The notes: generated by a model from the letters alone, not told the origin. 64,000 nt of DNA from an uncultured Flavobacteriales bacterium (GCA_905181635.1 CAJIYM010000005.1:113529-177528); one strand, 5' to 3'; positions 29,702 to 41,135 are shown, counted from the first letter of the stretch. Made by a program: numbers and translations.

Positions 29702-31489
29702 ATGCCAGCACCAAAATATATACAAGAACTATTAAAAAATATTCCACAAAAATCAGGAGTTTATCAATATTACGATAAAGATGATAAATTATTGTATATC
29801 GGGAAAGCCAAAAACCTAAAAAAAAGGGTTACCTCCTATTTTACTAAGAAGCAAGAACACGGAAAAACAAGGGTATTAGTCAGCAAAATACATGATATAA
29901 AATACTTAGTAGTAAGTAGTGAGATGGATGCGCTGCTATTGGAGAACAACCTTATAAAAAAACATCAACCCAGGTATAATGTTGCTCTTAAAGACGGGAA
30001 AACCTACCCATGGATTTGTATAAAAAACGAGCCATTCCCGAGGGTTTTTCAAACTAGAAATGTAGTAAAAGATGGCTCAGCTTATTACGGCCCTTACATG
30101 TCTGTTCGTTTAGTGAAAACTCTTTTAGATTTTTTTCATCAACTATACCCTTTACGAAATTGTAGCTTAAACTTAACGGATAAAAATATAAAAGAAGAGA
30201 AATTAAAGGTGTGTTTGGAATATCACATTGGAAATTGCCTAGGCCCGTGCGAAGACAAACAAAGTGCTAAAGAATATCATATGGGGATTGAACATATTAA
30301 ACAGATAATAAAAGGAGATATTAAATCAGTAATCCAGTATTTAGAAACTTCAATGCTTAATTTTTCAGACAAAATGGAATTTGAAAAAGCACAATTGATT
30401 AAGGATAAAATTGACTTATTAAGCAACTATCAAGCAAAATCAACCATTGTAAATCCTAAAATAAACAATGTTGATGTATTTACTATACTTAGCCAAGAAA
30501 CAACTGCATTTGTAAACTATCTGAAAATAAATTCTGGAGCAATTATACAAGCACACACCTTAGAGCTGAATAAGAAATTAGAAGAAACGGAGGAAGAATT
30601 ATTACAGTTAGCAATAGTGGAGCTTAGACAAAGATTTAAGAGTACTTCAAATACAATTTATTGTTCTCACTCATTGGATAATGTTTGGGATGATTTAAAT
30701 GTTATCATTCCTAAAATAGGAGATAAAAAGAAGCTCATTGATTTGAGCTTAAGGAATGCAAAATACATGCTCTTAGATCTACAAAAACGAAAAATAAATA
30801 ATGTTGAAAAACAAGATAATAAACGTATTCTGGAGCAATTGCAAAAAGATTTACACCTAATAAGCCGCCCAAAACATATTGAGTGTTTTGATAACTCCAA
30901 TATACAAGGAGCTTACCCTGTAGCGGCTTGTGTCGTTTTTAAAAATGCAAAACCAAGCAAAAAGGATTATCGACATTTTAATATCAAAACTGTAGTAGGA
31001 CCTGATGATTTTGCAAGTATGGAGGAGGTCGTGTACAGAAGATACAAACGCCTTTTAGACGAAGAACAGCCCTTACCAGAACTAATTGTTGTTGATGGTG
31101 GAAAAGGGCAACTTAGCTCAGCAGTAAAAAGTTTAGACAAATTAAAGTTAAGAGGGAGGATAGCTATAATTGGTATTGCCAAACGTTTGGAAGAAATTTA
31201 TTTTCCAGAAGATAGTGTTCCATTATATTTAGACAAAAGATCAGAAAGCTTAAAATTAATACAGCAATTACGTGATGAAGCCCACCGATTTGGAATTAAC
31301 CACCATAGAAAACAAAGAGGGAAAGATAGCCTTGGCACTTCACTAGATAAAATTGACGGAATAGGTTCAAAAACAGTAGAAATGTTGATTACTCACTTTG
31401 GTTCAGTTAAAAAAGTCATGGAGGCCAAAAATGAAGAATTGATAAAACTGATTGGGAAGAGTAAAGCAGAAAAGATTAAAAAATCATAA
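29702..31489 (+). CDS. uvrC: Excinuclease ABC subunit C
   Basis: GIY-YIG (GVYQY..YIGKAKNL), IECFDNS, VDGGKGQL, RDEAHRF, HhH. Confidence 0.97.
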   Translation: MPAPKYIQELLKNIPQKSGVYQYYDKDDKLLYIGKAKNLKKRVTSYFTKKQEHGKTRVLVSKIHDIKYLVVSSEMDALLLENNLIKKHQPRYNVALKDGKTYPWICIKNEPFPRVFQTRNVVKDGSAYYGPYMSVRLVKTLLDFFHQLYPLRNCSLNLTDKNIKEEKLKVCLEYHIGNCLGPCEDKQSAKEYHMGIEHIKQIIKGDIKSVIQYLETSMLNFSDKMEFEKAQLIKDKIDLLSNYQAKSTIVNPKINNVDVFTILSQETTAFVNYLKINSGAIIQAHTLELNKKLEETEEELLQLAIVELRQRFKSTSNTIYCSHSLDNVWDDLNVIIPKIGDKKKLIDLSLRNAKYMLLDLQKRKINNVEKQDNKRILEQLQKDLHLISRPKHIECFDNSNIQGAYPVAACVVFKNAKPSKKDYRHFNIKTVVGPDDFASMEEVVYRRYKRLLDEEQPLPELIVVDGGKGQLSSAVKSLDKLKLRGRIAIIGIAKRLEEIYFPEDSVPLYLDKRSESLKLIQQLRDEAHRFGINHHRKQRGKDSLGTSLDKIDGIGSKTVEMLITHFGSVKKVMEAKNEELIKLIGKSKAEKIKKS

Positions 31490-31624
31490 ATAGCAAAAAT
31501 AGAATTACTTATTTTTTCTCAAAAAAGCAATCTCATACTCAGCACTTTTTAGTTTTGGTTGTGAGAAATTTAGCTTATTTTCGCTCAATATATTTTAAAT
31601 ATCAATCTTTAAAAAAACAAAAAC

Positions 31625-31966
31625 ATGGAGCAAGAAAAATTTTTAGAACAACATATATTTTCAGGACTAGAAAATCTTAATAATGGTTTTGGAAAAGATG
31701 GAATACAATTTTTTTCTGAAGCAGATTTTGAAATAGTTCTTCAACGATCGGAACATTTTGGACTAAGCATTTATACTATTGAGCCTTGGATTAAAAGTGA
31801 AGTGCTTGAAGCTTCATCACATGAAGACCATAAAAAAAAAGCAACTGACCCTAAATGGTACAAAAAGGAATTTTTGACGCTTAAAACTAACCAAACTGGT
31901 CTTTTGTATTCCGCAAAATATAAAGTTTCTAAAAAACTTTTAGCAAGAGAGTCTTCTATCAACTAA
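31625..31966 (+). CDS. Conserved hypothetical protein
   Basis: 113-aa ORF with an A-rich leader and normal codon usage; function not recognised. Confidence 0.7.
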   Translation: MEQEKFLEQHIFSGLENLNNGFGKDGIQFFSEADFEIVLQRSEHFGLSIYTIEPWIKSEVLEASSHEDHKKKATDPKWYKKEFLTLKTNQTGLLYSAKYKVSKKLLARESSIN

Positions 31967-31981
31967 GGTTTTTCAAAAACC

Positions 31982-33502
31982 CTATTGCTCAGCCCCTCCT
32001 TTTTCTGCTTTCATTTGTGGGAAAAACAGTACATCTTGTATAGAATTACTATTGGTCATAATCATACTTAATCTATCAATTCCAATTCCTAAACCTGCTG
32101 TTGGTGGCATTCCGTATTCTATTGCTCTTAAGAAATCTTCATCCAATAACATTGCCTCATCATCTCCTTTTTTTCCTAATTCCAATTGCTCTTCAAATCG
32201 TGCTCTTTGATCAATTGGATCGTTGAGTTCAGAGTATGCATTGCATATTTCTTTACTATTACAAAATCCTTCAAAACGCTCAGCCAAACCTTCAACAGTC
32301 CTGTGCTTTTTAGTTAAAGGTGACATTTCAACTGGATAGTCCGTAATAAAAGTAGGTTGTATTAATTGTCCTTCACATTTTTCTCCGAAAATCTCATCAA
32401 TTAATTTCCCTCTACCCATACTTTTATCCACCACAACGCCTAATTTTTTAGCTGTTTCAGCCATAGTAGGCTCATCCATTTTCGAAATATCAATTCCTGT
32501 AAAATGCTCTATCGCCTCATACATAGTATAACGTTTCCACGGTCTTTGGAAATTGATTAAATTATTACCAACCTGAATTTCTGTTTTACCGTGTAAGTCC
32601 ATAGCAATTTTCTCTACCATTTCTTCAACTAAGTCCATCATCCAAGTATAATCCTTATATGCAACATACAATTCCATTTGTGTAAATTCAGGATTGTGAA
32701 AACGACTCATTCCTTCATTTCTAAAGTCTTTTGAAAATTCATAGACACCATCAAAACCACCGACAACCAATCTTTTTAAATATAACTCATTAGCAATCCT
32801 TAAGTACAATTCCATATCTAAAGTATTGTGATGCGTTTTAAACGGACGAGCAGCAGCTCCACCGTAAAGTGGTTGTAAAATTGGTGTTTCAACCTCTAGG
32901 TATTCTTTCTTATTCAAAAACTCACGCATGGAGTTTGTTAATTTAGTACGCTTAATAAAAGCATCCTTTACTTCAGGGTTTACTACCAAATCAACATATC
33001 TCTGTCTGTATCTTTTTTCAGGATCAGTAAAAGCATCATGCACCGTTCCATCAGCATCTACCTTTGGTAAAGGCAATGGGCGTAATGATTTTGTAAGGAC
33101 TTTTAACTCTTTTACTTTTACTGATATCTCTCCAACTTTAGTGATGAAAACAGTACCTGTAACTCCAATAATATCACCAATATCCAATAGTTTTTTAAAA
33201 ACTGTATTGTACATGCTTTTATCCTCTGTTGTGCAAATTTCATCTCTATTTACATAAATTTGAATTTTTCCAGCACTATCCTGTAATTCAGCAAAAGAAG
33301 CTTTACCCATAATTCTTCTACTCATCAATCTCCCCGCAATCACTACATTTAATTCCTCGCCCTCTACGTATTTTTCCTTAATCTGTTTTGAAGTTGTATT
33401 TACATCAAATAGTTCTGCTGGGTAAGGGTCAACACCTAAATCTCTTAATTTTTGTAAGGATTCTCTTCTCACTAATTCTTGCTCGGAAAGTACTCTTGTC
33501 AT
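31982..33502 (-). CDS. lysS: Lysine--tRNA ligase (class II)
   Basis: OB fold, [44 protein letters not shown]. Confidence 0.97.
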   Translation of the reverse strand: MTRVLSEQELVRRESLQKLRDLGVDPYPAELFDVNTTSKQIKEKYVEGEELNVVIAGRLMSRRIMGKASFAELQDSAGKIQIYVNRDEICTTEDKSMYNTVFKKLLDIGDIIGVTGTVFITKVGEISVKVKELKVLTKSLRPLPLPKVDADGTVHDAFTDPEKRYRQRYVDLVVNPEVKDAFIKRTKLTNSMREFLNKKEYLEVETPILQPLYGGAAARPFKTHHNTLDMELYLRIANELYLKRLVVGGFDGVYEFSKDFRNEGMSRFHNPEFTQMELYVAYKDYTWMMDLVEEMVEKIAMDLHGKTEIQVGNNLINFQRPWKRYTMYEAIEHFTGIDISKMDEPTMAETAKKLGVVVDKSMGRGKLIDEIFGEKCEGQLIQPTFITDYPVEMSPLTKKHRTVEGLAERFEGFCNSKEICNAYSELNDPIDQRARFEEQLELGKKGDDEAMLLDEDFLRAIEYGMPPTAGLGIGIDRLSMIMTNSNSIQDVLFFPQMKAEKGGAEQ

Positions 33503-33517
33503 CAGTTAATTTTTTTG

Positions 33518-33525
33518 CAAAGATA
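33518..33525 (-). promoter_or_regulatory. -7 promoter element (TATCTTTG) for lysS
   Basis: TAnnTTTG match. Confidence 0.6.
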
Positions 33526-33607
33526 GGAATTCTATTATCCTATTATTTCGTATTTTCGACTTCTTTTAACAAGCCAATTTTAATATCAAATTATAAAATA
33601 ATTTAAG

Positions 33608-34597
33608 ATGAAAATGAACGATTATATAAATGAATTTACCAATCATTTAAAAGAAGCAATTGAGATTGCAAACAATACAACTTTATCTCCTTATACTAAA
33701 GAAATCAAAAATATTTTAATTTGTGGATTGGGGGGCTCTGGAATTGGAGGTACAATTGTAAGTGATATTATTTCGTCAAAAGTAAATATCCCTATTGTTG
33801 CGTCAAAAGACTACAGCATACCTAATTTTGTAAATGAATACACTCTTGTTATTGCCAGTTCCTACTCAGGAAACACTGAAGAAACCCTTTATGCTTTAGA
33901 AAAATGCCAAGAAAAAGGAGCAGAAATTGCAGTAATTACTTCAGGTGGAAAACTAAAAACTATTGCTGAAGAAAATAAATACAACAAAATAATTATTCCA
34001 GGAAATCAGCCACCAAGAGGCATGTTTGGCTACGCATTTACTGAACTATTCTTTATGTTAAATCATTATGGGATTATTGGCAACTCTTTTGAGGCAGAAT
34101 TTAATAATGCAATTTCCCTAATTGATATAGAAAAAGCTGACATACAAAAACAAGCAATGGATTTGGCAAAAAAAATGTACAAACAAACCCCTGTTATTTA
34201 TGTCGCCCATGGCTTTGAGGGGGTAGCCGTTCGGTTCCGTCAGCAATTAAATGAAAATAGTAAAATGCTTGGCTGGCATAATGTTATTCCTGAAATGAAT
34301 CATAATGAATTATTGGGTTGGCGTACCAATGTTGATGGGTTAGCGGTTGTTTATTTCCGTAATAAATGTGATTACGATCGTAACCAAATAAGAATGGATA
34401 TTAATAAAAAAGTTATTTCAAAGTTTACAAGTAATATCACTGAAATTTGGAGTAAAGGAGATTCTCTAATTGAAAATTCACTTTACCATATTGTTCTAGG
34501 AGATTGGACTAGTTGGTATCTTTCAGAGATGAATAATGTAGATGCAATTGAGATAGATGTTATCAATTTTTTAAAGAGTGAACTTGCTAAAATATAA
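33608..34597 (+). CDS. Bifunctional phosphoglucose/phosphomannose isomerase
   Basis: SIS domain GLGGSGIGG, SYSGNTEET, QPPR, RFRQQLNENSK, PEMNHNE. Confidence 0.9.
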   Translation: MKMNDYINEFTNHLKEAIEIANNTTLSPYTKEIKNILICGLGGSGIGGTIVSDIISSKVNIPIVASKDYSIPNFVNEYTLVIASSYSGNTEETLYALEKCQEKGAEIAVITSGGKLKTIAEENKYNKIIIPGNQPPRGMFGYAFTELFFMLNHYGIIGNSFEAEFNNAISLIDIEKADIQKQAMDLAKKMYKQTPVIYVAHGFEGVAVRFRQQLNENSKMLGWHNVIPEMNHNELLGWRTNVDGLAVVYFRNKCDYDRNQIRMDINKKVISKFTSNITEIWSKGDSLIENSLYHIVLGDWTSWYLSEMNNVDAIEIDVINFLKSELAKI

Positions 34598-35292
34598 TGA
34601 ACAAACAAGTATCATTTAAAGATTTAGGACTGATTGATTATAAGCAGTGTTGGGATTTTCAAGAACAGCTTTTTGCAGAAATTTTAGCGGTAAAATCTTC
34701 AAATCGGAAAGAAAATAAAGAAGTTGATACTAAAAATTATTTAATCTTTTGTGAACACCCACATGTTTACACATTAGGGAAAAGTGGAGACGAAAAGAAT
34801 CTTTTGGTAAATGAAGATTATCTAAAAAGTAGAGGTGCAACATTTCATAAAATAAACAGAGGAGGTGATATTACTTATCATGGTCCAGGCCAAATTGTAG
34901 GTTATCCTATTTTAGACTTGGATAATTTTTTTACCGATATTCACAAATATTTACGATTTTTAGAAGAAGCAGTAATTCTTACTTTAAAAGAATACGGATT
35001 AGATTCAGAACGATCACCAGGAGAAACAGGGGTTTGGTTTGACGTAGGCAAGCCAAAAGCAAGAAAGATATGTGCTTTAGGGGTTAAGAGCAGTAGATGG
35101 GTTACCATGCATGGTTTTGCTTTTAATGTAAATTCTGATTTATCTTATTTCGGAAATATTATCCCGTGTGGTATTACCGACAAAAGTGTAACATCCCTTC
35201 AAAATGAATTAGGAAGGAAAATGGATATGAATGAGGTAAAAAACAAGCTTAAAACCCATTTAGTTAAACTTTTTGAGATCAAAATTATTTAA
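34597..35292 (+). CDS. lipB: Lipoyl(octanoyl) transferase
   Basis: EHPHVYTLG, RGGDITYHGPGQ, KICALG, HGFAFN, IIPCG. Confidence 0.96.
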   Translation: MNKQVSFKDLGLIDYKQCWDFQEQLFAEILAVKSSNRKENKEVDTKNYLIFCEHPHVYTLGKSGDEKNLLVNEDYLKSRGATFHKINRGGDITYHGPGQIVGYPILDLDNFFTDIHKYLRFLEEAVILTLKEYGLDSERSPGETGVWFDVGKPKARKICALGVKSSRWVTMHGFAFNVNSDLSYFGNIIPCGITDKSVTSLQNELGRKMDMNEVKNKLKTHLVKLFEIKII

Positions 35293-35293
35293 G

Positions 35294-36445
35294 ATGGGCA
35301 AAGTATTAAAATACTTTCTTTTAGTTTTTATTTCCCTAAACTTAATTATTCTTGTAAGTGGGAGAAGCTGGCTGTACAAAGGAATTTCTATTACATATTT
35401 AAAAGGATATACATCATCCTATATAAATGATTTTATTTACATGCCCGCTAAAACTATTAAATCAGGCAAACATCAAGAGTGGGTAACTGCTAATAATTAT
35501 AATAAAGCAGAATTACCTGATTTTATTAACGCTGTAAACGAGAGTATGGAAACTGTTGCTTTTATGGTGATAATAAAAGATAGTATTCGCTTTGAAAAAT
35601 ATTGGCACGGCTATAGTTCTGATACTATGTCCAATTCATTTTCAATATCCAAAAGTTGGGTTTCTACTTTAGTTGGAGTTGCAATATCTGAAGGAAAAAT
35701 TAAAAGTGTTGACCAAAAAGTATGTGATTTTCTTCCTGATTTCTGCAAAGGAAGAGATACGGAACTAACAATTAAAAATTTACTTACTATGAGTTCGGGC
35801 CTCAACTGGAATGAAGATTATTACAACCCAATTGGCCAAACTGCTGAGGCGTATTTCGGTAATAATTTAAACGATTTATTTAAAAACTTAAGTGTAATGA
35901 GCACGCCTGGCAAGATATTTAAGTACAATAGTGCTTGCACTCAATTACTTACTTTTATAGTAGAGGAAGCAACTGGAGAAACAATCAGTGAATACGCATC
36001 CAAAAAACTTTGGCAACCAATGGGAGCAAAACACCCTGCACTTTGGAGTACTGATGTTGAAGGTGGTGATGAAAAAGGCTTTTGTTGCATTAACTCAAAT
36101 GCAAGAGATCTTGCCCGATTAGGGAAACTATATATGCACCAAGGAAATTGGAATGGCTTACAGCTTTTAGATAGCAATTACATAATCAAAGCAACTACAG
36201 CGGCTGATTTATTAAATGAAAAGGGAAATAAAAACACTAATTATGGCTATCAATTTTGGTTAGCCGAACGACAAGGCTTATCAATCTATTACTCTAGGGG
36301 ACTTTGGGGTCAGTATGTGATTTGTATTCCTGAAAAAGATATGATTATCGTTAGGCTAGGAAGAAAATTTGGGCCTAAGTTACCTGATGGTCACCACGAA
36401 GATTTTTATCAATTTACTGATGCGGCACTTAAAATGTACCCTTAG
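35294..36445 (+). CDS. Serine hydrolase, beta-lactamase class C-like family
   Basis: N-terminal TM/signal, FSISKS (SxxK), LLTMSSG, FKYNS, LWQPMG, RGLWGQ; ATG 35294. Confidence 0.88.
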   Translation: MGKVLKYFLLVFISLNLIILVSGRSWLYKGISITYLKGYTSSYINDFIYMPAKTIKSGKHQEWVTANNYNKAELPDFINAVNESMETVAFMVIIKDSIRFEKYWHGYSSDTMSNSFSISKSWVSTLVGVAISEGKIKSVDQKVCDFLPDFCKGRDTELTIKNLLTMSSGLNWNEDYYNPIGQTAEAYFGNNLNDLFKNLSVMSTPGKIFKYNSACTQLLTFIVEEATGETISEYASKKLWQPMGAKHPALWSTDVEGGDEKGFCCINSNARDLARLGKLYMHQGNWNGLQLLDSNYIIKATTAADLLNEKGNKNTNYGYQFWLAERQGLSIYYSRGLWGQYVICIPEKDMIIVRLGRKFGPKLPDGHHEDFYQFTDAALKMYP

Positions 36446-37165
36446 ATGTTATCCGAAATAAAAATAAAAAATGTCCTTTTTTTAGATATTGAAACTGTTC
36501 CTTGCTCACATAAATTTGAAGATCTAGATATTACCTTTCAGAACTTATGGTCTGAAAAAACAGCTTGGCAAAGAAAAGAAGAACATACTCCTTCGGAATT
36601 TTACAAGCTAAAATCAGGCGTTATGGCTGAGTTTTCTAAAATTATTTGCATTTCTGTGGGCTATTTATTTGTTGAAAAAAATGAAAATCATTTTCGTATA
36701 AAGTCATTTTATGGAGATAATGAAAAGCAAATTATTGCAGATTTTAATGAATTGCTAAATACACAATTTAATAAAAAACAACATAAGCTATGTGCACACA
36801 ACGGAAAAGAGTTTGATTTTCCGTTTATATCTAGACGCGCACTTATTAATGGATTAAAACTACCTCAACTTTTAGATATTGCAGGAAAAAAACCTTGGGA
36901 AGTAAATCATTTAGATACTATGGAGTTATGGAGGTTTGGCGACTATAAAAATTATACTTCGATAAAATTACTAGCCGCCATATTTGATATTCCAACACCA
37001 AAGGATGATATTGATCGCAGCCAAGTCGCTGATGTTTACTGGATTAATAAAGATTTAGAACGCATAAAAAAATATTGTCAGAAAAACACTTTAACAGTAG
37101 CACAACTACTTTTGAAATATAAAGGAGAGAAGCTTATTTCAGAAAATAACATTGAGTTTGTTTAA
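36446..37165 (+). CDS. PolB-like 3'-5' exonuclease (DEDD) family protein
   Basis: LFLDIETV, AHNGKEFDFP, KKPWE..HLDT.ELW, PTPKDDID; ExoIII reads YCQKN. Confidence 0.85.
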   Translation: MLSEIKIKNVLFLDIETVPCSHKFEDLDITFQNLWSEKTAWQRKEEHTPSEFYKLKSGVMAEFSKIICISVGYLFVEKNENHFRIKSFYGDNEKQIIADFNELLNTQFNKKQHKLCAHNGKEFDFPFISRRALINGLKLPQLLDIAGKKPWEVNHLDTMELWRFGDYKNYTSIKLLAAIFDIPTPKDDIDRSQVADVYWINKDLERIKKYCQKNTLTVAQLLLKYKGEKLISENNIEFV

Positions 37166-37210
37166 GTAGAATTTAAAAACTATTTTTAACAACCAAAAAA
37201 AAAGCAGAAA

Positions 37211-39010
37211 ATGGAAGATATATTATTGGAATTTAAGAATCTTGTTACCGAATTTCACACTGAAGGAACAATTGTAAAAGCTGTAAATGGGGTTAGTTTT
37301 ACACTTAACAAGGGTGAAACCATCGGTATTGTTGGAGAATCAGGCTCAGGGAAATCAGTTACTTCACTTTCAGCTATGCGACTAATTCCTAGCCCCCCAG
37401 GGAAAATTAGTGGTGGTGAGATTATTTTTCACAAAAGTGATGGTACGGCTACTGATCTTTTAGCTATTTCAGAAGAGGAAATACGTAAGTTCAGAGGCAA
37501 TGACATCGCTATGATTTTCCAAGAGCCGATGACATCATTAAACCCAGTTTTTACCTGTGGAGATCAAGTGATGGAGGCTATTATTTTGCATCAAAAACTC
37601 AACAAGAAAGATGCAAAAGCATTAACTATAAAATTATTTAAAGAGGTTCAACTACCAACTCCTGAGCGAATTTTTAGCACTTATCCTCACCAAATTTCTG
37701 GTGGACAAAAGCAGAGAGTCATGATTGCTATGGCAATGAGTTGCCAGCCGTCAGTTTTAATAGCTGACGAACCAACAACTGCTCTTGATGTTACTGTACA
37801 AAAGACCATATTGCAACTAATGCAAAACTTGCAAAAAGAACATGATATGGGGATTATGTTCATCACCCATGATTTGGGGGTAATAGCTGAACTTGCCGAC
37901 AAAGTAGTCGTGATGTATAAAGGGAATATTGTGGAACAAGGCAGTGTTTGGGATATTTTTACAAACCCAAAGCATCCTTACACCAAAGGGCTTTTAGCTT
38001 GCCGACCACCTTTGGATAAACGCTATACTTTTTTACCTACAGTTTCTGATTTTATGAAAATTGATGAGAATGGAGAGATAATTGATAATGGTATTTCAGT
38101 GTCAGAATTTACAAAAGACTTAGCTATTCCTGAAAGTGAAAGAGTTGCAAAACACAAGAAGCTTTACGGCCAGCAACCTTTAATGCAAATCAAAAATTTG
38201 AAAACTTATTTCCCAATTCGTAATGGTTTTTTTGGTGGCATAAGTGATCATGTTAAAGCGGTAGATGATGTTACTTTTGATGTATATCCTGGAGAAACTT
38301 TAGGCTTGGTTGGAGAGAGTGGCTGTGGTAAAACAACAATTGGAAGAACTATTATTCGCCTTGAAGAGCCCACTGAAGGGGAAATGATTTACAAAGGGAA
38401 GGATATTGCAAAAATGAACACTGATGAGCTTAGACTCTTCCGTAAAGATGTTCAAATTATCTTCCAAGACCCTTACTCATCACTTAACCCAAGAATGACA
38501 ATTGGAAATGCAATTATGGAGCCGATGCAAGTGCATGGTATTCTTGAAAACGACGAACAGAGAAAGAAAAAAGTTGAAGAACTCTTAACGAGAGTAAGCT
38601 TAGATCCTGCTCATTTTTATCGTTATCCACATGAATTTTCTGGAGGACAAAGGCAGAGAATTGGTATTGCAAGAGCATTGGCTGTAAAACCTAAGTTTAT
38701 TATTTGTGATGAGTCAGTTTCTGCATTAGACGTATCTGTACAAGCGCAAGTCTTAAACCTATTAAACGAACTAAAAGAAGAGTTTGGATTAACCTATATC
38801 TTTATTTCTCATGATTTATCAGTTGTAAAATATATGAGTGATAGAATGGTTGTTATGCAAGCTGGAAAGATTGAAGAAATGGGAGATGCTGATCAAATTT
38901 ATAATAAACCAGCCACTGAGTATACTCAGAAATTAATTGACGCTATTCCTGAAGGAAAACTGGAAGACATAAAAAAGCATTTAGAAAGCAAGGGGATTAA
39001 AGTAAATTAG
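37211..39010 (+). CDS. Peptide/nickel-type ABC transporter ATP-binding protein (duplicated ATPase domains)
   Basis: Two Walker A motifs ([16 protein letters not shown]), [24 protein letters not shown]. Confidence 0.93.
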   Translation: MEDILLEFKNLVTEFHTEGTIVKAVNGVSFTLNKGETIGIVGESGSGKSVTSLSAMRLIPSPPGKISGGEIIFHKSDGTATDLLAISEEEIRKFRGNDIAMIFQEPMTSLNPVFTCGDQVMEAIILHQKLNKKDAKALTIKLFKEVQLPTPERIFSTYPHQISGGQKQRVMIAMAMSCQPSVLIADEPTTALDVTVQKTILQLMQNLQKEHDMGIMFITHDLGVIAELADKVVVMYKGNIVEQGSVWDIFTNPKHPYTKGLLACRPPLDKRYTFLPTVSDFMKIDENGEIIDNGISVSEFTKDLAIPESERVAKHKKLYGQQPLMQIKNLKTYFPIRNGFFGGISDHVKAVDDVTFDVYPGETLGLVGESGCGKTTIGRTIIRLEEPTEGEMIYKGKDIAKMNTDELRLFRKDVQIIFQDPYSSLNPRMTIGNAIMEPMQVHGILENDEQRKKKVEELLTRVSLDPAHFYRYPHEFSGGQRQRIGIARALAVKPKFIICDESVSALDVSVQAQVLNLLNELKEEFGLTYIFISHDLSVVKYMSDRMVVMQAGKIEEMGDADQIYNKPATEYTQKLIDAIPEGKLEDIKKHLESKGIKVN

Positions 39011-39232
39011 TCTAAGAAATTTAGCAGAATCTAATAGTATCGTTTCGGAAGAAGTAATTAAGAGGTCAATGTTTTAACTGATTGTCTTGATTAACTTTAC
39101 AAAACTATTCTAAATCAAGTTGTGATTAAATTTAACTCACTAAGCCATAGAATTCTAAGAGGGTTGTCGAGTAATAAATCAATATATGAAAATCAAATGT
39201 TTTTGGACTTAGACCGTGGCCGTATTTATTAT

Positions 39233-39679
39233 CTAGTATCCCGTGAGTAACCTTAGACTGTCCTGATCCAGCTTTTTTATATAGCAATCCCAGTGTGTAC
39301 ATTCAATTTTACTCTCATCAGATCTTTCATAAGTCCAAATGTTAGGTCCTAAAATCCATTTTAATTTATTTCCTTCTATATTAAACGATCCACATATTTT
39401 TTCTTCTTCTTGTCCTATTTCCAGCCTACCAGTATATCCTGTTTCTTGTGAACACAAATCACTTCCTTTAATTGACCAATTCCCCACATTTTCATAACCT
39501 TCATTATCACCCATACAGTAGGTACCATCATCATTTATAACAAGATATTCTCCCCAAGAAGTATCATAATCATTAACAGAGATAATCCATTTACCCACAA
39601 TTTCATTTTCTGATTTATTTATTTCTACACAACTAAACAGAAATAAACAAATACTTGATGCCATTAATGTTTTTTTCAT
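39233..39679 (-). CDS. Hypothetical lipoprotein (lipocalin-like GKW motif)
   Basis: Lipobox LFSC, IVGKW, GNWSIKG. Confidence 0.65.
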   Translation of the reverse strand: MKKTLMASSICLFLFSCVEINKSENEIVGKWIISVNDYDTSWGEYLVINDDGTYCMGDNEGYENVGNWSIKGSDLCSQETGYTGRLEIGQEEEKICGSFNIEGNKLKWILGPNIWTYERSDESKIECTHWDCYIKKLDQDSLRLLTGY

Positions 39680-39774
39680 CTTTTTTATTTATCCTGAGAA
39701 TTTTCCATTTTTAAAAGCCCCCCTTTTTCATTTAGAATGTGTGATATTCTTCTATTACCTAAATTTCTTTCTTC

Positions 39775-40431
39775 TTAGATATTCATTTCAGGAACTTCAC
39801 CTTCAATAATTAGCTTAGCTTCAGTCGCATTTTTTATTTTATCAACACTTACGCCTGGCGCTCTTTCTAAGAGTTTAAAGCCCTTTTCAGTAACTTCCAA
39901 AACAGCTAAGTTAGTTACTACTTTCTTTACACAATTTATACCCGTAATAGGTAATGTACATTGTTTCAAGATTTTACTTTCCCCTGAACGATTGGTATGC
40001 ATCATTGCAACAATAATATTATCAGCAGAAGCCACCAAATCCATAGCGCCACCCATTCCTTTCACCATTTTTCCTGGTATTTTCCAGTTAGCTATATCGC
40101 CATTTTCAGAAACCTCCATAGCACCCAGCACTGTAAGCTGTACATGCTGTCCTCTTATCATGGCAAAGGAAGTAGCAGAATCAAAAAGCGCTGCACCATC
40201 CAGAGTAGTAATGGTTTGTTTTCCTGCATTTATTAAATCGGGGTCTTCATCTCCCTCAAAAGGAAAGGGTCCCATTCCTAACACTCCATTTTCTGATTGA
40301 AATTCAATGTCAATCCCTTTAGGAATATAGTTTGCAACCAAGGTTGGGATTCCAATCCCTAAATTTACATAGGTATTGTGCTCTAACTCCTGAGCTATTC
40401 TTTGAGCAATTTGATTTTTATCTAAAGCCAT
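39775..40431 (-). CDS. scoB: 3-oxoacid CoA-transferase subunit B
   Basis: VNLGIGIPT, QSENG, NAGK, KGMGGAMDLV. Confidence 0.93.
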   Translation of the reverse strand: MALDKNQIAQRIAQELEHNTYVNLGIGIPTLVANYIPKGIDIEFQSENGVLGMGPFPFEGDEDPDLINAGKQTITTLDGAALFDSATSFAMIRGQHVQLTVLGAMEVSENGDIANWKIPGKMVKGMGGAMDLVASADNIIVAMMHTNRSGESKILKQCTLPITGINCVKKVVTNLAVLEVTEKGFKLLERAPGVSVDKIKNATEAKLIIEGEVPEMNI

Positions 40432-41132
40432 TATTTTTTAGTTCTAACTGTTCTTTGTTCTATTCTTTTCTCATATTTATTTCCCTGAAAAATTCTTTGC
40501 ACAAAAATTCCTGGAGTGTGAATTTGATTTGGATCTAGCTCTCCTGCTGGAACTAGTTCTTCTACTTCAGCAACCGTAATTCTTCCCGCCATTGCCATAA
40601 GTGGATTAAAGTTCCTGGCAGTACCTTTAAATATTAAATTACCCGCAGTGTCGCCTTTCCAAGCTTTCACGAACGCAAAGTCTGCCGTAAGTGCAGTTTC
40701 CAAAATATGAGGTTTACCATTATATTTCCTAACCTCTTTACCTTTAGCAACTTCAGTCCCATAGCCTGCAGGAGTAAAAAATGCAGGTATTCCTGCCCCT
40801 GCTGCACGACATCTTTCCGCTAAAGACCCTTGAGGAATTAAGTCCACCTCTAATTCTCCACTTAACATTTGTCTTTCAAACTCCGCATTCTCTCCTACAT
40901 AAGAGGAAATCATTTTTTTAACTTGCTTTCTCTTTAATAAAAGTCCTAATCCAAAGTCATCTACTCCGGCGTTATTAGAGATGCAAGTTAGTCCAAAAAT
41001 TTCTTTCTTTGAAAGAGATACAATTGCATTTTCAGGAATTCCTGAAAGCCCAAAGCCTCCAAACATAAAAGTCATATTGCTTTCCACTCCTTTTAGTGCA
41101 TGTTCAACATTTTCAACTATCTTTTTTACCAT
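40431..41132 (-). CDS. scoA: 3-oxoacid CoA-transferase subunit A
   Basis: [40 protein letters not shown]. Confidence 0.93.
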   Translation of the reverse strand: MVKKIVENVEHALKGVESNMTFMFGGFGLSGIPENAIVSLSKKEIFGLTCISNNAGVDDFGLGLLLKRKQVKKMISSYVGENAEFERQMLSGELEVDLIPQGSLAERCRAAGAGIPAFFTPAGYGTEVAKGKEVRKYNGKPHILETALTADFAFVKAWKGDTAGNLIFKGTARNFNPLMAMAGRITVAEVEELVPAGELDPNQIHTPGIFVQRIFQGNKYEKRIEQRTVRTKK

Positions 41133-41135
41133 AAT

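Noticed and set aside
39685-39777. Stop-codon readthrough extension of scoB (29 open codons after TAA)
   Set aside because: ScoB already ends at its normal length and TAA is rarely read through; a foreign remnant explains it better
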